DNA of 59,741 bases, counting the filler, from Basidioascus undulatus (taxonomy: Eukaryota): the NCBI GenBank assembly GCA_000826855.1. It is 8 parts of 8 records of this genome, joined end to end, with 100 filler letters (N's around TTAATTAATTAA, not from the genome) between each part and the next. Parts side by side here need not be neighbours in the genome. Positions count along the whole stretch, not along the records: positions 9,747 to 16,810 come from JTLS01001623.1; positions 16,911 to 23,974 come from JTLS01001624.1; positions 24,075 to 31,134 come from JTLS01001625.1; 5 more parts are not named here. One strand, given 5' to 3'. This document shows, in pieces, positions 12,239 through 25,013 of the stretch. Numbering within the stretch: the stretch's first letter is position 1; each line of letters opens with the position of its first letter. The position numbers were made by a program, and so were the translations under genes. The notes below the pieces were generated by a model that made no database searches, was not told the DNA's origin, and worked only from the letters and a program-made list of their open reading frames with translations.

Positions 12239-13100
12239 ATGCTCGCTTTCGTCGAGCTCGCCCCGAGATCCTCACCGAGATCTTCGCACTCGTCGGCCCC
12301 GACCTCATGCAGGTGGAAGTCAGCCCGCCCCGAGCCAGGATGGTCCACCGAAGGTCGCGTCGCAGGTCTTCTCATCTGCAAGTCCCTCAAACCCATCCTA
12401 GAGACGTTGTTCTACCGCCAAATCCCCCTGAACACGCGCATGCAGTGCAAGCGTTTCCTCACACACCCGACCGGCAGAAAGCCAAGCAGTCCTGCCTGTC
12501 GTTCGAGTTCCACGCCCCGTTCAAAGGCCTTCTCATGTTCATCCCCCAAATCCTGGACGCTTGCTCGTCGCTCCGCCACGTCGATATCAACATCGGCACC
12601 TTCCGCCGGTCTGGTATGCGCACGCTCACGGGCTTCTTCGAAGCGCACACTGCTCTCAGGCCCGAAACCGCACCGATCAGGCTGCGGGAGAACTGGGAGA
12701 TCACGCTCGATTTGGGAATGGAGCGTATGAAGCGCATAACGATTCGGAAATTGTTAATCGAGTGGTCCGCGGCCGGCGAGATGTGCAAGCTAACGCTGGA
12801 TCTCAACTTGCTCTACGGCTGCCCATTCTCGCTCGTCAACGTGAAGGTGCCTTTCTTTCGACTCGAGGCCTTCGATCTGAGGGATGTTTCTAGTCGCGTG
12901 GGCATCTTCACGTTAGTCAAGAACCTGCACGTCAGCACGTCCGCACGATCGAGTTTGGGCGCGACTCGGACGGGCGGTGCGACATCCTCACGGTGGGGAA
13001 GTATGCTAGGAGATAGAGGGCACTGCATCCCAGTGTGAAGCTCGTTAAAGATCCTTCGCCTTAGCTCTCTGGTGGTGGACCGAAGGGGTTTGCTCCTCGA
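12239..13100 (+). pseudogene. F-box-like protein pseudogene, copy 1 (frameshifted); end approximate
   Basis: MLAFVELAP/EILTEIFAL F-box-like start, then LLICKSLKPILETLFYRQI ... SFEFHAPF ... LDACSSLRHVDI spread over different frames. Confidence 0.65.
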
Positions 13101-13528
13101 TGTGAATAGGGCAGAGCGTTTGTCTTGCGGTGTCTCCATGCCTCGACATGCTTTGCACAGCCTCCTTACCATGTCTCCCCTCTCTGTTCGGCGTTTTCAT
13201 CCCGTTGAATGTCATAATGCTTCCCATACCATGATTTCCGGCAATAGATGGCACTGCTTCAGTCGGTTTACGAGTGACACAATGCGAGAAGACGTACGTG
13301 AAAGAAGAATGCGTAACATCGGGCATTGTCACTTGGTTGTGAATGAGTAGTGTGAGATACCTAGCAGAATCTTAAAATCAACATCCGCGACAATGTTCAG
13401 CATCCGAAGTCTTTGGATTCGTTTGGCCCGAGGGCAGTAGCAGCGCTGTCCTTCGCCTCTTCGCCTCTACCGAATCTTCCTCCACCTTGATAAAGACGCA
13501 CGGTGCCTCTTACCAAAATTCTTCCCAA

Positions 13529-14300
13529 ATGCCTACTTTATCGGACTTCCGTATGAGATCCTCAAAGAGATCTTCGCACTCGCCTACTCGCCCGAACCGC
13601 GTGGCAGTCGTCAGTCTCGAGAGAGCCAGCTGGGTCCAGCGACGGCCGTGTTGGGGGTCTCCTCATTTGCAAGTACCTTCACCTATCGCAGAGTCCATCT
13701 CATATCGCAGGACTCGCCTGGACACCCACATCCAGTGCAAGAGCTTCCTCAAACACGCGGATCGGATGAAGGCACAACAGCGCTGCATGTCGCTCGAGTT
13801 CCATGCGCCGTTCGATCGCCTCCGTACCTTGATTACACACATTTTGAACGCCTGCTCATCCCTCCGTCATCTCGATATCCGTATTGATAGCTTTTAGCGG
13901 TCCACCATGCGCACACTCGCGGGTTTCTTTGCCGCACTCGCAGCTTTGAGGCCCACGACCGCATCGATCATGATGTGGGCAATTTCATCGCATAGCTCGG
14001 ACCAGCGCTGTACGCGCATGGGGCATGCTACCTTCGCAAGCTAGAAGGTACCTTGACAGAGTGGTCTCGAACCGGCAATCTGCGCGAGCTCACAGTTGAT
14101 CTGAACCTGCTCCACTAACACTCATTCTCGCTCGCTGAGGAGAAGGTCCCCCTTATTCGACTGGACTGCTATCGCCGTCCGTGCGACCTTTGCACTGTCG
14201 ATGCTTATCTCACCTTGGCCCATAACCCATATGTCCGCACCACCGAGTTTTCCTCCGACTTTTACGCACGATGGGCCTCATCGTCCGAGTACACCAGGAC
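13529..14300 (+). pseudogene. F-box-like protein pseudogene, copy 2, tandem paralogue of 12239-13100; end approximate
   Basis: LPYEILKEIFAL, LLICKYL, HIQCKSFLKHADRMKAQQRCMSLEFHAPF, LNACSSLRHLDI are collinear with copy 1. In-frame TAG at 13895-13897 plus frameshifts. Confidence 0.7.
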
Positions 14301-14849
14301 ATGGAAGGAATTGCAACCCCGAGTAGAACTTACGAGAGAAGATCTTGGGGTTCTTTGGCCGTGAGGAGGTTAGGTGAATGGTCTCGCAAGTGGATAGGAC
14401 AGGGCATTCACCTCGAGCGTCTCGCGGTATCGCCATCCGCTTAATATGCTTCCACCTGGTTTGTACCGCCTTCTCATCGTGCTTCTCTTGTTTTACGATG
14501 GGCTCTTGCAAACTTCATATCCCTTGGTTAAACCCATTTACTGGTTGCACTTGTTTCCCTAAACTGCAAGAAAATGTACACTCGGGTTGAGGTCAACTCC
14601 CGTCCACCGCTCGTAAGGCGCCCCGATGCGAAGCGTAAAAGCAGGCAAATTTTGGAGTAAATTTTTAGCCACATGAGAATCCACCTGGACTAGGCACCCT
14701 GCTGCCTTGACCTTGTGCTTTCGTCTTCCATGTCTGACCACTGTCTGACCGCCAAGGCGTCCGCAATCGCAGAGATATCAGGAGCTGTATGTGAAATATG
14801 CAATATTTTCGCAACTTCCCCGTTGCGGGGTCGTCCTCAAACCATAAGG

Positions 14850-15909
14850 GAAACCGAATAGCTCGCGCAGCATCTTTGCGATCTCGTGCTCCCACTCCCA
14901 TTCCCTCCCCTCATCCACGCGGACCACCGCATCCCAGACGACGAGAATCGGGAAGCATTGCAAGCTGTAGCCGGCGAGGTACTCCGGGTCTGCGAGTGAG
15001 CAACGTCGGCGTGCTCGCCTCAGACGTCCCGCTGGAAGTGCTCCGCGACTGATCCGCCTAGGCCGACGCTCCAGGCGGCCTTGCGCTAGGCGCTGCATTG
15101 ACGAGCTTGATGTACGGAGTTTGGAAGGAGCTCGAGCGCGATGAGAGTGTTGACGAGGAGGTATCCCCGATGCGCTCGCAGGGCAGTGCTGAGCGTGCCT
15201 GGCCCGGGTGGCTGCATCGCACCTGGAACAACGTCGAGGGAGGAACGATAAAATGACTGAGTTAGAAGCGTGAAGTTAGTTCAGACAAAGAAGCGCACCT
15301 ACGTATAGATGTTCTGCAGCCCGCTCAGCGGCACCTCCGCATGGCCCGCGAGCTTCAGCAGTGAGGCAGCCAAGCCCGCGGGTCCTCGCACCCACCCATC
15401 CCCATCTTCACATACTCCGCCAAGTCCCTATCGAGCCCCAAACTGCAGCCCAGCCCGATATTCGGCCACTCTTCCCCCGCTCGCGTCTGCGCGCGCTCGA
15501 CCCAATACGCGAGCTTCTGCATCTCTTCCACGCGCGCCGCCGGCCCCGGGCCCGAAAAGTCGGTGTGTCGCAGGCCGTCAACGTCCCGCTGGGCGGGGAA
15601 GAGCTCGCTGTCGCTGCGCGGGTTCGAGAGGGCCTTGGCGCGCTCCGAGTCGGAAAAGGAGCGGATCCGCCCTGCGAGGAGCGATGTGAAGTGCGCGAGG
15701 GCTTTGGCGGGGGCGGGGTGAGCCGAGCGCGCCGGGGGTGTGGGCCAGATGTCCGTTTTGAGATCTCGGTCTTTGCGATGGGGGGCGAAGTGGAAATAGG
15801 ATGTGAGCGCTGCGAGTTCGAGGGCGCCAATAGCGATCGAACACGACTTGGAAATTGGAGGGCGCGGACCCTTCCATGGCATCGCATATGACTGGTGAGG
15901 TGAAGTCAT
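14850..15909 (-). CDS. Hypothetical protein, probably partly degenerate (frame changes)
   Basis: GC-rich coding-like ORF 15355-15909 continued by segments such as LAGYSLQCFPILVVWDAVVRVDEGREWEWEHEIAKMLRELFGFP in other frames. No family recognised. Confidence 0.35.
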
Positions 15910-16134
15910 GGAAGCGGAAGGGTTTCAGGTGAGAGTGAATGGGAACGAGCGCGAAAGAAATGAGACGAGGTGAAGAGCCGAAGTAGCAGCGTCGCGTTGG
16001 TTGGCGATTAACCACTGACAGATAAGCAGTCATCGGCCAGCGTCCCCAGCCAGTTGGAGGGGCCTCGCGGCCTCTACTTTCTTTCAAGTACTACAGTCGC
16101 GGGTCGGTCTTTGTATCGTAACTTCCTGTACCAA

Positions 16135-16160
16135 ACACACACACACACACACACACACAC
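16135..16160. repeat. (AC)n microsatellite
   Basis: About 13 uninterrupted AC units. Confidence 0.95.
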
Positions 16161-16220
16161 CCATTTCCTATGCCCATCACTACAGAAATGGACAGAATCC
16201 ACATTAGGTACTCCGCTACC

Positions 16221-16692
16221 TCACAAGCGTGAAGTTTGTTTAATGGCTGTTTGATGCGCTGCCGTCCCACCAACAGTCCACGACAATACATAACCAGTCC
16301 ACTCTCCCCACGCAAGTACACACCTCACCATGTCCCTCCCTCCGCTCCCATACTCCTCTCCCTCCATCTTCTGCCCATCTCCCCACTCACCGAGAAGTCC
16401 ACCTCCCCAAAGTCCCTCCCTGACCTTGCGAGCGCGACGAGGTACCGCCCCAAGCGCTCGAGCTCCGTGTCCTCGTCGCGCGCGATGGAGAGCGCCGATT
16501 TGAAGGCTTTGATTTTGAGGCCTGAGGAGGGGTTGAGGGCGAAGTTGCTGCGGGCAGAGGGGACGGGTGTGAGCAGGGTGGGATGGGGGAGGAAGCATGG
16601 GGAGGGGAAGGGGAAGGGGCGAAGGGAGGAGGGGAGACGGACCGGGAGAGGTCGTCGATGTGCACTGTGTTTTTCGCGGACCATTGGGGGAA
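16221..16692 (-). CDS. UBLCP1-like HAD/NIF (FCP1-family) phosphatase, 3' exons; 5' truncated, last exon uncertain
   Basis: FPQWSAKNTVHIDDLSR|NFALNPSSGLKIKAFK...DTELERLGRYL, the DD..RNF.LNP.NGL.I motif of the UBLCP1 subfamily. Confidence 0.8.
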
Positions 16693-16910
16693 CTGCGGGG
16701 TGCGGTTGCATTGAGCGATGGTAATGCGAGGGGAAAAGAGAGGGGGGGAGGACCGAGGGGGGTGAGAAAGCTTTCAAGAACCCAACTGGTCAGTTGACTC
16801 TTCATGTAAANNNNNNNNNNNNNNNNNNNNNNNNNNNNNNNNNNNNNNNNNNNNTTAATTAATTAANNNNNNNNNNNNNNNNNNNNNNNNNNNNNNNNNN
16901 NNNNNNNNNN

Positions 16911-17147
16911 CCCACTCGCAGCCTCAGAATTCCGGTAATTCAAGAGGAGAAGGTTTCGGTCGGAAGTGGGGAGAGGTGGAAGGGGCGGGAGTTTCGGGGG
17001 TACGGTCGGAGGAGGCGGGGGCGCGTCGGGCGGTGGAGGGCGAGTGACGACGAAGCCGGACGAGTGGCGGAGGGCGGCGGGAGGTTTCGCGTTGAGCAGC
17101 ACCCGCTGCCGTACGGCATGCGCAAAGAGATGCCGGGGGAGAGTCAT
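16911..17147 (-). CDS. N-terminus of a probable mitochondrial-targeted protein; 3' truncated
   Basis: MTLPRHLFAHAVRQRVLLNAKPPAALRHSS is an Arg/Ala/Leu-rich presequence-like segment with no acidic residues, followed by a Pro-rich linker. Confidence 0.5.
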
Positions 17148-17340
17148 TGTGTAGGCAGAGAGTGCAGTGGATCTTGAGCACTGCAATCCGTGTCGCAACG
17201 TGAGGAGGGCGGCACCTTGTCCGATCTGAGCCTCGCGAATCGTCAGCCTCAATTACCCACCCGAAGCGCAAAACAACGTACCGCTCATAGGCCTCTCCGA
17301 TAAACAAAAGCTTCTCCCAACAACCGCGTTCTCCTCCTGA

Positions 17341-18283
17341 ATGTCCAATCTCGGCGCCCTCAAAGCCGCGTCTGTCCGCTCGCCGCTCAGGCGGTTATTC
17401 GCCGCACTCGAGCGAATGAAGTAAGAAGCGTCCTGCACTCTCACCCCCCCGTCAACCATACATCCAAAATATTTGAACAAAAGAGTGCACAAACCTCGGA
17501 AGGGCGTGCGCAGAGCAGAGCGAGTCTAAGGGAGGCAATGGGCAAAGCGGGAAGACGAGGTCGTCGATCGAGGGCAAGCCGAGCCGGGGCAAGAGAAAAT
17601 GCATCCGGTCCCATGCCTTCTGCCTTGCCCTCCCACCATCAACCGCATTGTCCAGCACGCTCAGCTTGCTTCCAGCACCTGAATATCACTCTTATATTTA
17701 CGAAACTCTCCCTCATACAGCACAGATCATCAGTACGCCCCTCCCCCTCCTCTCAGTCCCCTCCCGAATCCCCCGCTCATACCCACCCGTCCCACTCGCT
17801 CCAGTGGGGTCCGTCCAACCCTTTTTAGTTTCCACCCACCTATAACCCCACACCCAGAGGCCCTGATTCCCTCTATCCCCTCCTGTCCCACTTCCCCCTC
17901 CAGCCGCTCTGCAAAGCTCATGAAGCGCCCTGTCCGTCCCCCCCTCACCTCGTACCACATCGCTCACGCGTCTACGCTGGACTGACCTCGACCCCCTCCT
18001 ACAGTCTCTGAAGGACAAAGAGCTCCGCAAAACAGTATCCTCCGCCTCTGCCTCCTCTTCCAAACACAAAGGCTCGGACCAATCCTCGGCGGCGAGCTTC
18101 GGGTCGGGGTCGGGGCCATTGGCAGACCCGCAAGCGAAGCGGCACGCCAAGCTGCGCGCACTTGAGGAGGAGGCGCGCCGCGCAAAGGCGGAGGGGAAGG
18201 GCGTTCTGGGCGGGAAGGACTATCTGAAGGTGTTTGAGAAGGGCGGTGGGGGGAAGAAGGGCAAGGGCAAGGGGTGGGATTGA
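17341..18283 (+). CDS. Small basic hypothetical protein, spliced; 5' exons uncertain
   Basis: Last exon after acceptor at ~18003 reads SLKDKELRKTVSS...ADPQAKRHAKLRALEEEARRAKAEGKGVLGGKDYLKVFEKGGGGKKGKGKGWD*. Candidate ATG at 17341. Confidence 0.45.
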
Positions 18284-21200
18284 TTGGTCTTTGGTTCGCG
18301 AGTGAGTGTGTGAGTGTGAAAAGATTTTGGAGTTCGTGGAGGGGCGTTGGGAGGTCGGAGGGTGGGTGGATGAGGAAGGAGGCATGGGAACTGGATGGGC
18401 ATCTGACACTAAAGTTGCGGGTGGGTACGAGCGAAGACGGTGCTTCCTGTCTGTCCACCGTGCCGCCGAGAATTGACAGGACATATTTCCACTCTACCAG
18501 ACGATAAAGTCGCAGCTCGAGCGCCATTCACTAACACTCATACTGATCCCGGGTCTTCGCATGAGGAATCAACGGCACGCAGCCGCGTGGGCAGGCCTCG
18601 AGCTAGCCGCTACGCCCGTCTTAGAGCATTGTTCCGCCGCGGAGGTTCCCTACGGTTTATAATTTCTGCACGCTCGCAAGGCGAGGCTCAACACTGACCA
18701 GAAAACCCATGAGTGATAACACGACCGAAACAACTTTTCGAAGTGTGGGCAACTAGCTGTCCATCCTCATCCACAGCTAGACTACGCTTCACACAATGTG
18801 GTACTTTCAGATCTCTGGGTAGCGCAACAATTTCTTTTTCACGCTTGCGGTCAGCAGCGGAAGGCTTTTTCCAGCAAACCTATTCCAAGTTGGTGGTCTT
18901 AGACTCCTCCCTGGCAGCCGCGTACCGTAAGCTTCCCAAACATGACTCTTTTCTCCGGTATTCTATGTTACATTCAACTTTTAACAGGCTGAGAGCAGAG
19001 AAGTTCGAAGTAATGCAATCGCAAATTGACAGCGACTTCGGCTACGCTGTGGGTGCTCCGCTTTATTCTCGTTGGCGGGTAAGCTTTCCGGTGAGGTCGA
19101 CTTCCTTCTTCGCCCAAAAAACTGGCTTTTATGTGGGATTAATAAGGATTGCTCGGATGTGGGCGTTGGCGACAGTTGAAACACGTATTCCCTTGCTTGG
19201 AACAAACTGCATCTGAACTTCTAACTGATAAGGGCATGCAGAATATGATCGCGTCCGAGGTCTACAGATTTATGGCGTGTTGCAGCAAAAGGCTTTTCGG
19301 GCGAACAGACTGGCGAGCGGGACGAGTTCGTAGACATGGTAACCAGCGAGAGGATAATGAGAGCTGGAGGTCGAGAGCAGAGGAGCGAGAGGGAGAGCTC
19401 GGCGCAAGTTTTGATTCGAAAACAGGCACTCCGCGTACGCATTCCTCCGCGTCCGAATCTCATCAGCACGGCCGCGCTCCTGTTGACTGCAACCAACCTG
19501 TGACCTATGTCTATTATTTCATACATTCGAAGGAGCATGTGGTTTTCTTGAAGGTCAGTTCACAGGCTGTGCTCTCAAAGACATTAGTACTGTCAGTACT
19601 GTGCCCAACTGTGCCACCTTTCATATAACCTGGGAGAAATGATGTGCTCCTTGTATTCTTTCCCATCCCCATCTCCTCGCCCTTGCTCTCTAAGCCTTCT
19701 TCCCCTTTCCCCTCTCTGCTTGTCATTCACTTCAGAGGTAACAGAGTGCCACACACGGGATGGCTTTCTATTCCAGGCTTCCAGGCTTGTTGTCGGAGCT
19801 TGTGTAGCAATTGCCAAGGACGAGGGACAGGATTCAGTGTTCTGCCACCGCGGTAGAGATGCTCAGCTGCCATCATTGTATCCTGCACATGGAATATACA
19901 TTCTAATCAAATTGACATAAAATAGCTGGAATGATCATTTGTTTCCAATGATGTTCTTTGATGGAATCCCATCGTCAGTGGGTTTTGAGCTGATGTCAAA
20001 AGGGATTGCTTCAAGCAGCAGAACATGCGGTTAAGCGAGTGGCAGCACCGCCAGCAGAACGGATGGCAAGCCGAGCATGTACGGATTCAGAACTACCGGG
20101 TATGGATTCCTTGTTCCAAAGCACCCTGCTGGGGTGGATGCCGGCTTGCAGGAAGCTGCTGCCGTGAATGGCCTCCGAGTAGGTCGGAGTCTTGGACCTC
20201 GGCAATAGCGCCGTGTTTGGCGCTGGCGCCGGCATATTGTCCGCCAAAAAAGGCCTTCATCTCTCCGTGTTTCCGGCGTCAGCAACGGCTCAGTAGTTCA
20301 TAGGGCTGTTAGGAAGCACCTCCAATGCTTTTCATGTCCACGCCGCAGCTACCCTCTATTTTAAGTTTTGAATGATCTGGGCACATCATGCATATTTTTC
20401 TCCATCAATTGATGAACAGCAGTCAGCTGTCGACCTTTGGCAATTGTTCTCATGCTGGCCAAGCGAGCAAGGATTGCTTGCACTCGAACATCCTCTCTAT
20501 GCTTCTATTCCCTACATAGTCTGGCCTGCAGCACCCACATGCTCATTTACCGCATGTGATCCCCCTCCATCCACACGTCCCCCGAGCCGCACTGTCCCCT
20601 CCTTCAAACCTCCTCCCAACTTCCGCTCCGTCTGACCTTGCTGATCCTCAGCCTCCACAAAGCCCTCTTCCACTTCCGCGGCCGTGCAAACGCACTCAGG
20701 ATCCCTGCAATCCGTGAAGAGCACAAGTGGGAGTTTGTAGCGAACTAAGAGGATGAGCTTAAGAAGTGAGCTTGGGTCTGAGCAGAACGTGCCTGAGCGT
20801 ACGGACGACGCGCACGTTGTCGGCGCCTGCCTGCACGTCTTTCGGGGGCGCTGTGGATGCGGCACAGGCGGAGGAGTGGGATGGATGTGTAGCATGTTGC
20901 AAGCCAATGAGAAGGAGGGAATTCTCTTCTGAAAGGCGAAAACATACTGTCAGCAACTGGTCAGCAACATTCAACGAGAGGTGGTCTCCGGTCCGCCAAA
21001 ACTCGCCGGGCTCTCACGCCCGTTCTTTTCCAACCCGTTCATCTTCTCGAGGCGGTTAATAATCGTCTTCTTAATGAACAGCTGACGAAAATCATTAGGC
21101 TGAGGTGCTGAGGTGCTCGCCAGCGGCAGAGCCGGTCCGGCTATTGCACACTGGTGCGGACGCCCCGCGCTCACGATGCTTCGGCAGGAAGACGAGCTTC

Positions 21201-23183
21201 GGAATACGCCGAAGATTGAGGATGCGCACTCGTGTTGCGAGGACATTAGCGAGATAGGGACCCGGAAGTGCACATTTTTTTCAGAAATGTATGCGGTTCT
21301 CAGGCGTGATGGCCGCGGGTCAGGCCAGCAAGTTGCCAGTTCCGAAGTTATGCGTGGACACTGGCTTCTGTTTCGGCCTTGTAGGGATTACTCGCGCGAA
21401 GATGGGCAGAGTTCGCCGCCCTTCACACGTCTTTTGTGGATGAGATAAGTGGCAAGCAAGAGGTTGCGCGACCGCAGCGACTTGCAGAGCCTTCCTCTCG
21501 ATGCGGTTTCAGACAGTCCTCATGACGACACGATGATTGCCCCCGCGCATCATGGCCTGTTCAACTTGGTTCAACTCTCTCTCCATCAGTGAGAAGGGTA
21601 GCGGTTGTCCGGTTTGGAAAACAGCTTGCAAGCGCAGATGGATGCGTGGATGCGGATGGATAGCAGATCTGAGGAGGCCTTGAGGAGTCCCGCAGGAGAC
21701 CCGCAATGGAAGAGGAGGAGCCGAGCTGTGCCTGATGCCGATCCTTCATCAATTGTTGGAGTTGATGTAAGTCTGCTCTCCTCTCACATCGCAAATCTTC
21801 ATCGTCGCTGGCATGGACTTTGCAAGTGCCACATCCAGGCAACCGCTTAAGAGATAGCCGATGTGAAGATTTTTAATGCCCGGCGCGATTCTCGTCTTGA
21901 TAAAACGCCGAGGCTGCGCCGACCGGTGGATGAAGGATCATCCGGGGCTCATGCAATCGGAATGTGGGGAACTCGCGTGGCGTTGGACATCGTGCACACA
22001 TGCAAGGGTCTGCTTTCAATGATCTCCGCGGGGATCGGAGCTGCTGCAGAACATGAAACGGGTTTGTGCAGTGCACACTCGAGGTGCGTACGCGTTTCTG
22101 TGGGTGTTTGGGAGGCAGTTTGATGTCTAAAAGTGAATAGACCGGTATTGTTGAGGCCGGAAAGACTGGAAAAGGCAGTCGCGATAATGCGGCGGGGAAA
22201 TCCGGAAGGCGCAACGACGAGCATTTCCGAGCCACAATTGACGGCCGCGATCGAGCCCGGCTAAGCGGACCGGCGACAAGTCCTTGATACGCGCAGAGCC
22301 TGGACTCCACGACATCGAACGCATCACGCAGACCACCGACCCGAAGGCACCACCATCCCCGCGGTTCTCCTTACAAAGTCATCTGCTCACCACTATCGTC
22401 GTCCTCGCCGCCGCGTCCCTCGCGTTCCCCGTCATCGGTGTCGTGCACGAACAGGTGAGGGGCAGGGCCAGGGTCTCCACGTGAGGGATCACTGAAGGTG
22501 GAAGTTGGTCAGGTGAAGGCACAAAAAGGAACGCAGCCTGACGCCCTGGGCCCCCACAGCACCCCGTCGCGTCGCCCCGCACGTTCTCCCTCTTGAAATC
22601 TCGGGGCTCCATCGACGCGCCATCAGCGTACAGGCCAGTTAACTGTCAATTCTGCGCGATCCCCTCGCATCGAGCCCGAGAAATCGCTCCTGCTGGGCCG
22701 GTCGGCGGGGCTTTCCAGCGTCTGCGAGCATCGTCGGCGCTCCTTCCACGCCCCTCCCTCCATCTCGCGCTCCTCCTTCCGCGCAGCAGCCTCATTCGTG
22801 AGTCTCCAGATCGATCAATCTCATCTCTGAGCCGGACGGGACCAGAAGAGGAGGGAGATCGACCGCCTTTGCGCGATGGACGCGTGCAGGGGCAGAGGCA
22901 CTGGCGTCAGGTCTCGGAGCGCTTGCCTCTTGTTGGCGGCCTCGCTATGCCTGAACCGGGTCAAGGGGTTCTGTCGCGATCCCAACAGAAGCAGCACGCG
23001 GCCTGTTGTGTTGCTCGATTCCCTCGCGACCGCGCAGTTTCAGACGTTGCATGTGAATGCGAGTCGGCTGACCCTCCGTCCTCTTGCTTCCCTTTCCGTC
23101 AAAGCAGGCTGCTCTACACTTGACCACCCCCACACTTCCCCCTCTCGCCATCGCCCTTCTTACCGCGGTAAACCGTCGACGAG

Positions 23184-23974
23184 ATGGAGCTCGACATGTC
23201 ATGGTGTCCAGTGTACGTATCCCAGACCGCAGCAACACTGCCTCTTCGAAGCCGCTGAGTCGCGTTCTCGCTCGCAGATGCGACAAGCTCATCCCCGCTC
23301 CGCCACCGCCGCGACCCTCCAAACCCGCGTCTGATCCTGTCGCGCCGACGCTTGCGTCCCTCAACAAGTCCAAGAGCGGCACGATCAAGGCGCGGTCAGG
23401 GGGCGCGACGACGACTGGTGGACCCGGTCACGTCAAGCGCAACGCGAGCACGGGCAGCGGACTGCACCGTGCGGGCGCGCTGCCCTCGTTCTCCATGGCG
23501 CGAACCACCTCCTCCCCCTCCGAGCAGTCCACCGCGCGCCCCTCCCCAAGCACCCCCGCCCCGCCCGCGCCCGTGCCAGGCGAGCAGCTGTACTGCTCCG
23601 AGGCATGCCGGCTGCTCGACCTCCAGCGCTCCGACCCTTTCCCGCCCACGCCCCTCTCGGACAAGTCCGACTTCGTCTCCGGCTCCGAGTCCGAGTACTC
23701 GGCCAACGGGGACTACTTTGCGGGGCTCGCGCGCGGGGAGACGCTCTATCGCACGAACGGTCGCAGGCTGAGTCGCGGCACGGCAGGCAGCAGCACCAGC
23801 AGCCGCGCGAGCTCGGAGAGCCTCGCGAGCTTGTGGGACGCGCCGATGGCGGGGCCGACGCCTCGAGCACGCCCCGTGATGCCTAGCATGACCCCGTTGC
23901 ATCACCCGGCCCCCTCTTCGAACGGGCAACACCACCATCACCACCACCACCGCATGCTCACCCCGCTCTCCCCC
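23184..23974 (+). CDS. Ecl1/2/3-family (extender of chronological lifespan) zinc-binding protein; 3' truncated
   Basis: Exon 1 MELDMSWCPV, intron 23213-23277, then CDKLI ... QLYCSEACRLLD. This gives the WCxxCDK...YCSxxCRxxD signature. Confidence 0.8.
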
Positions 23975-25013
23975 NNNNNNNNNNNNNNNNNNNNNNNNNN
24001 NNNNNNNNNNNNNNNNNNTTAATTAATTAANNNNNNNNNNNNNNNNNNNNNNNNNNNNNNNNNNNNNNNNNNNNCATGCCTCAAAGTAGGCGGCGGCCTG
24101 CTCTGCAGTAGGCAGCTCCGTGACACGCAGCGAAATGCGAAGGGAAGAGAAGCTTGAAAAGGAATCACAGGTGGATTTAACAGGTGGTAGGTATGAACGT
24201 TATCGTGAAGACAAGGCCGTCTCTCTGGCCTGGACCAGATAGACTTGACACCACCCTGCGGTCGACGTCCACAACGGACCCGGCGTCCCGGACAACTCCC
24301 GGAAGCTTGGACGTGTCCTTTCTTACACGAGCACTCTTTCAACGTCCCCCCGGATGCAATAGGACTTTCTACAGGTCTATTAAAGCCTTTAGTTCAAATA
24401 CAAAGTTAGTGAATGAAGAGAGCATGATGGGTGTTGCAATGCGGTGTGTAGATGAATCTCACATGTACGCCACGGTGAATGTTACATTGCCTACCCCCGC
24501 TTCAAGCGCAATCAGGAAAAAAATCTGCGCTTTATAGTAAGGGTTTTAGTCTACAGCCAGAGAAAGGCCTTTTCAGTGTCATGGATACCGCGACAGTCTG
24601 AGGCCTCTCCATGGTTTTCTGAGCTGCATGCAGAAGCTTTTGACCGACCCAAGTGCCCGTTCCGCGTTGATCGGAGCTTGGATACCGTATAATGCCCCAA
24701 ATTTTCTCGTGCCCGCTGGTATGGTTCCCCAGGTTCTTAGGATTGCGGGCCATGCCAGTCAACGGGCACGCATCGCTTTTTGCAGCGTTGCCTGAGGCTT
24801 AAAAGGTGCATATTCAGGACAAAGCCTTGATCCCTGTCTGTCATTTGAATCAGTATTCAAAAACGTTTGATGGACGCCTCCTCAGAACCGTAAGCGAGCC
24901 CGTCAGAAATTGGTTGAGTGATTGTTCGCAACGGGCCGCCCTGTCACGGGCGTACCCTTTCACGGTGTCCCGCTCATTCCTCCCACCTCCTTCTGCTGCC
25001 CTTCGTGCCCGTA

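Noticed and set aside
18700..22300. Possible transposon remnants in lower-GC, ORF-poor DNA (also 9750-11000, 24075-24900, 51000-51600, 55900-57400)
   Set aside because: Looks like decayed coding sequence, but I found no RT, integrase, transposase, LTR or TIR motif to support a call.
22820..22970. TPP riboswitch in the Ecl1 5' intron (CTGAG ... CCTGAACCGGGTCAA)
   Set aside because: Lacks the CUGAGA and GAUAAU(A/G)CCAGCG core, and the gene is unrelated to thiamine.
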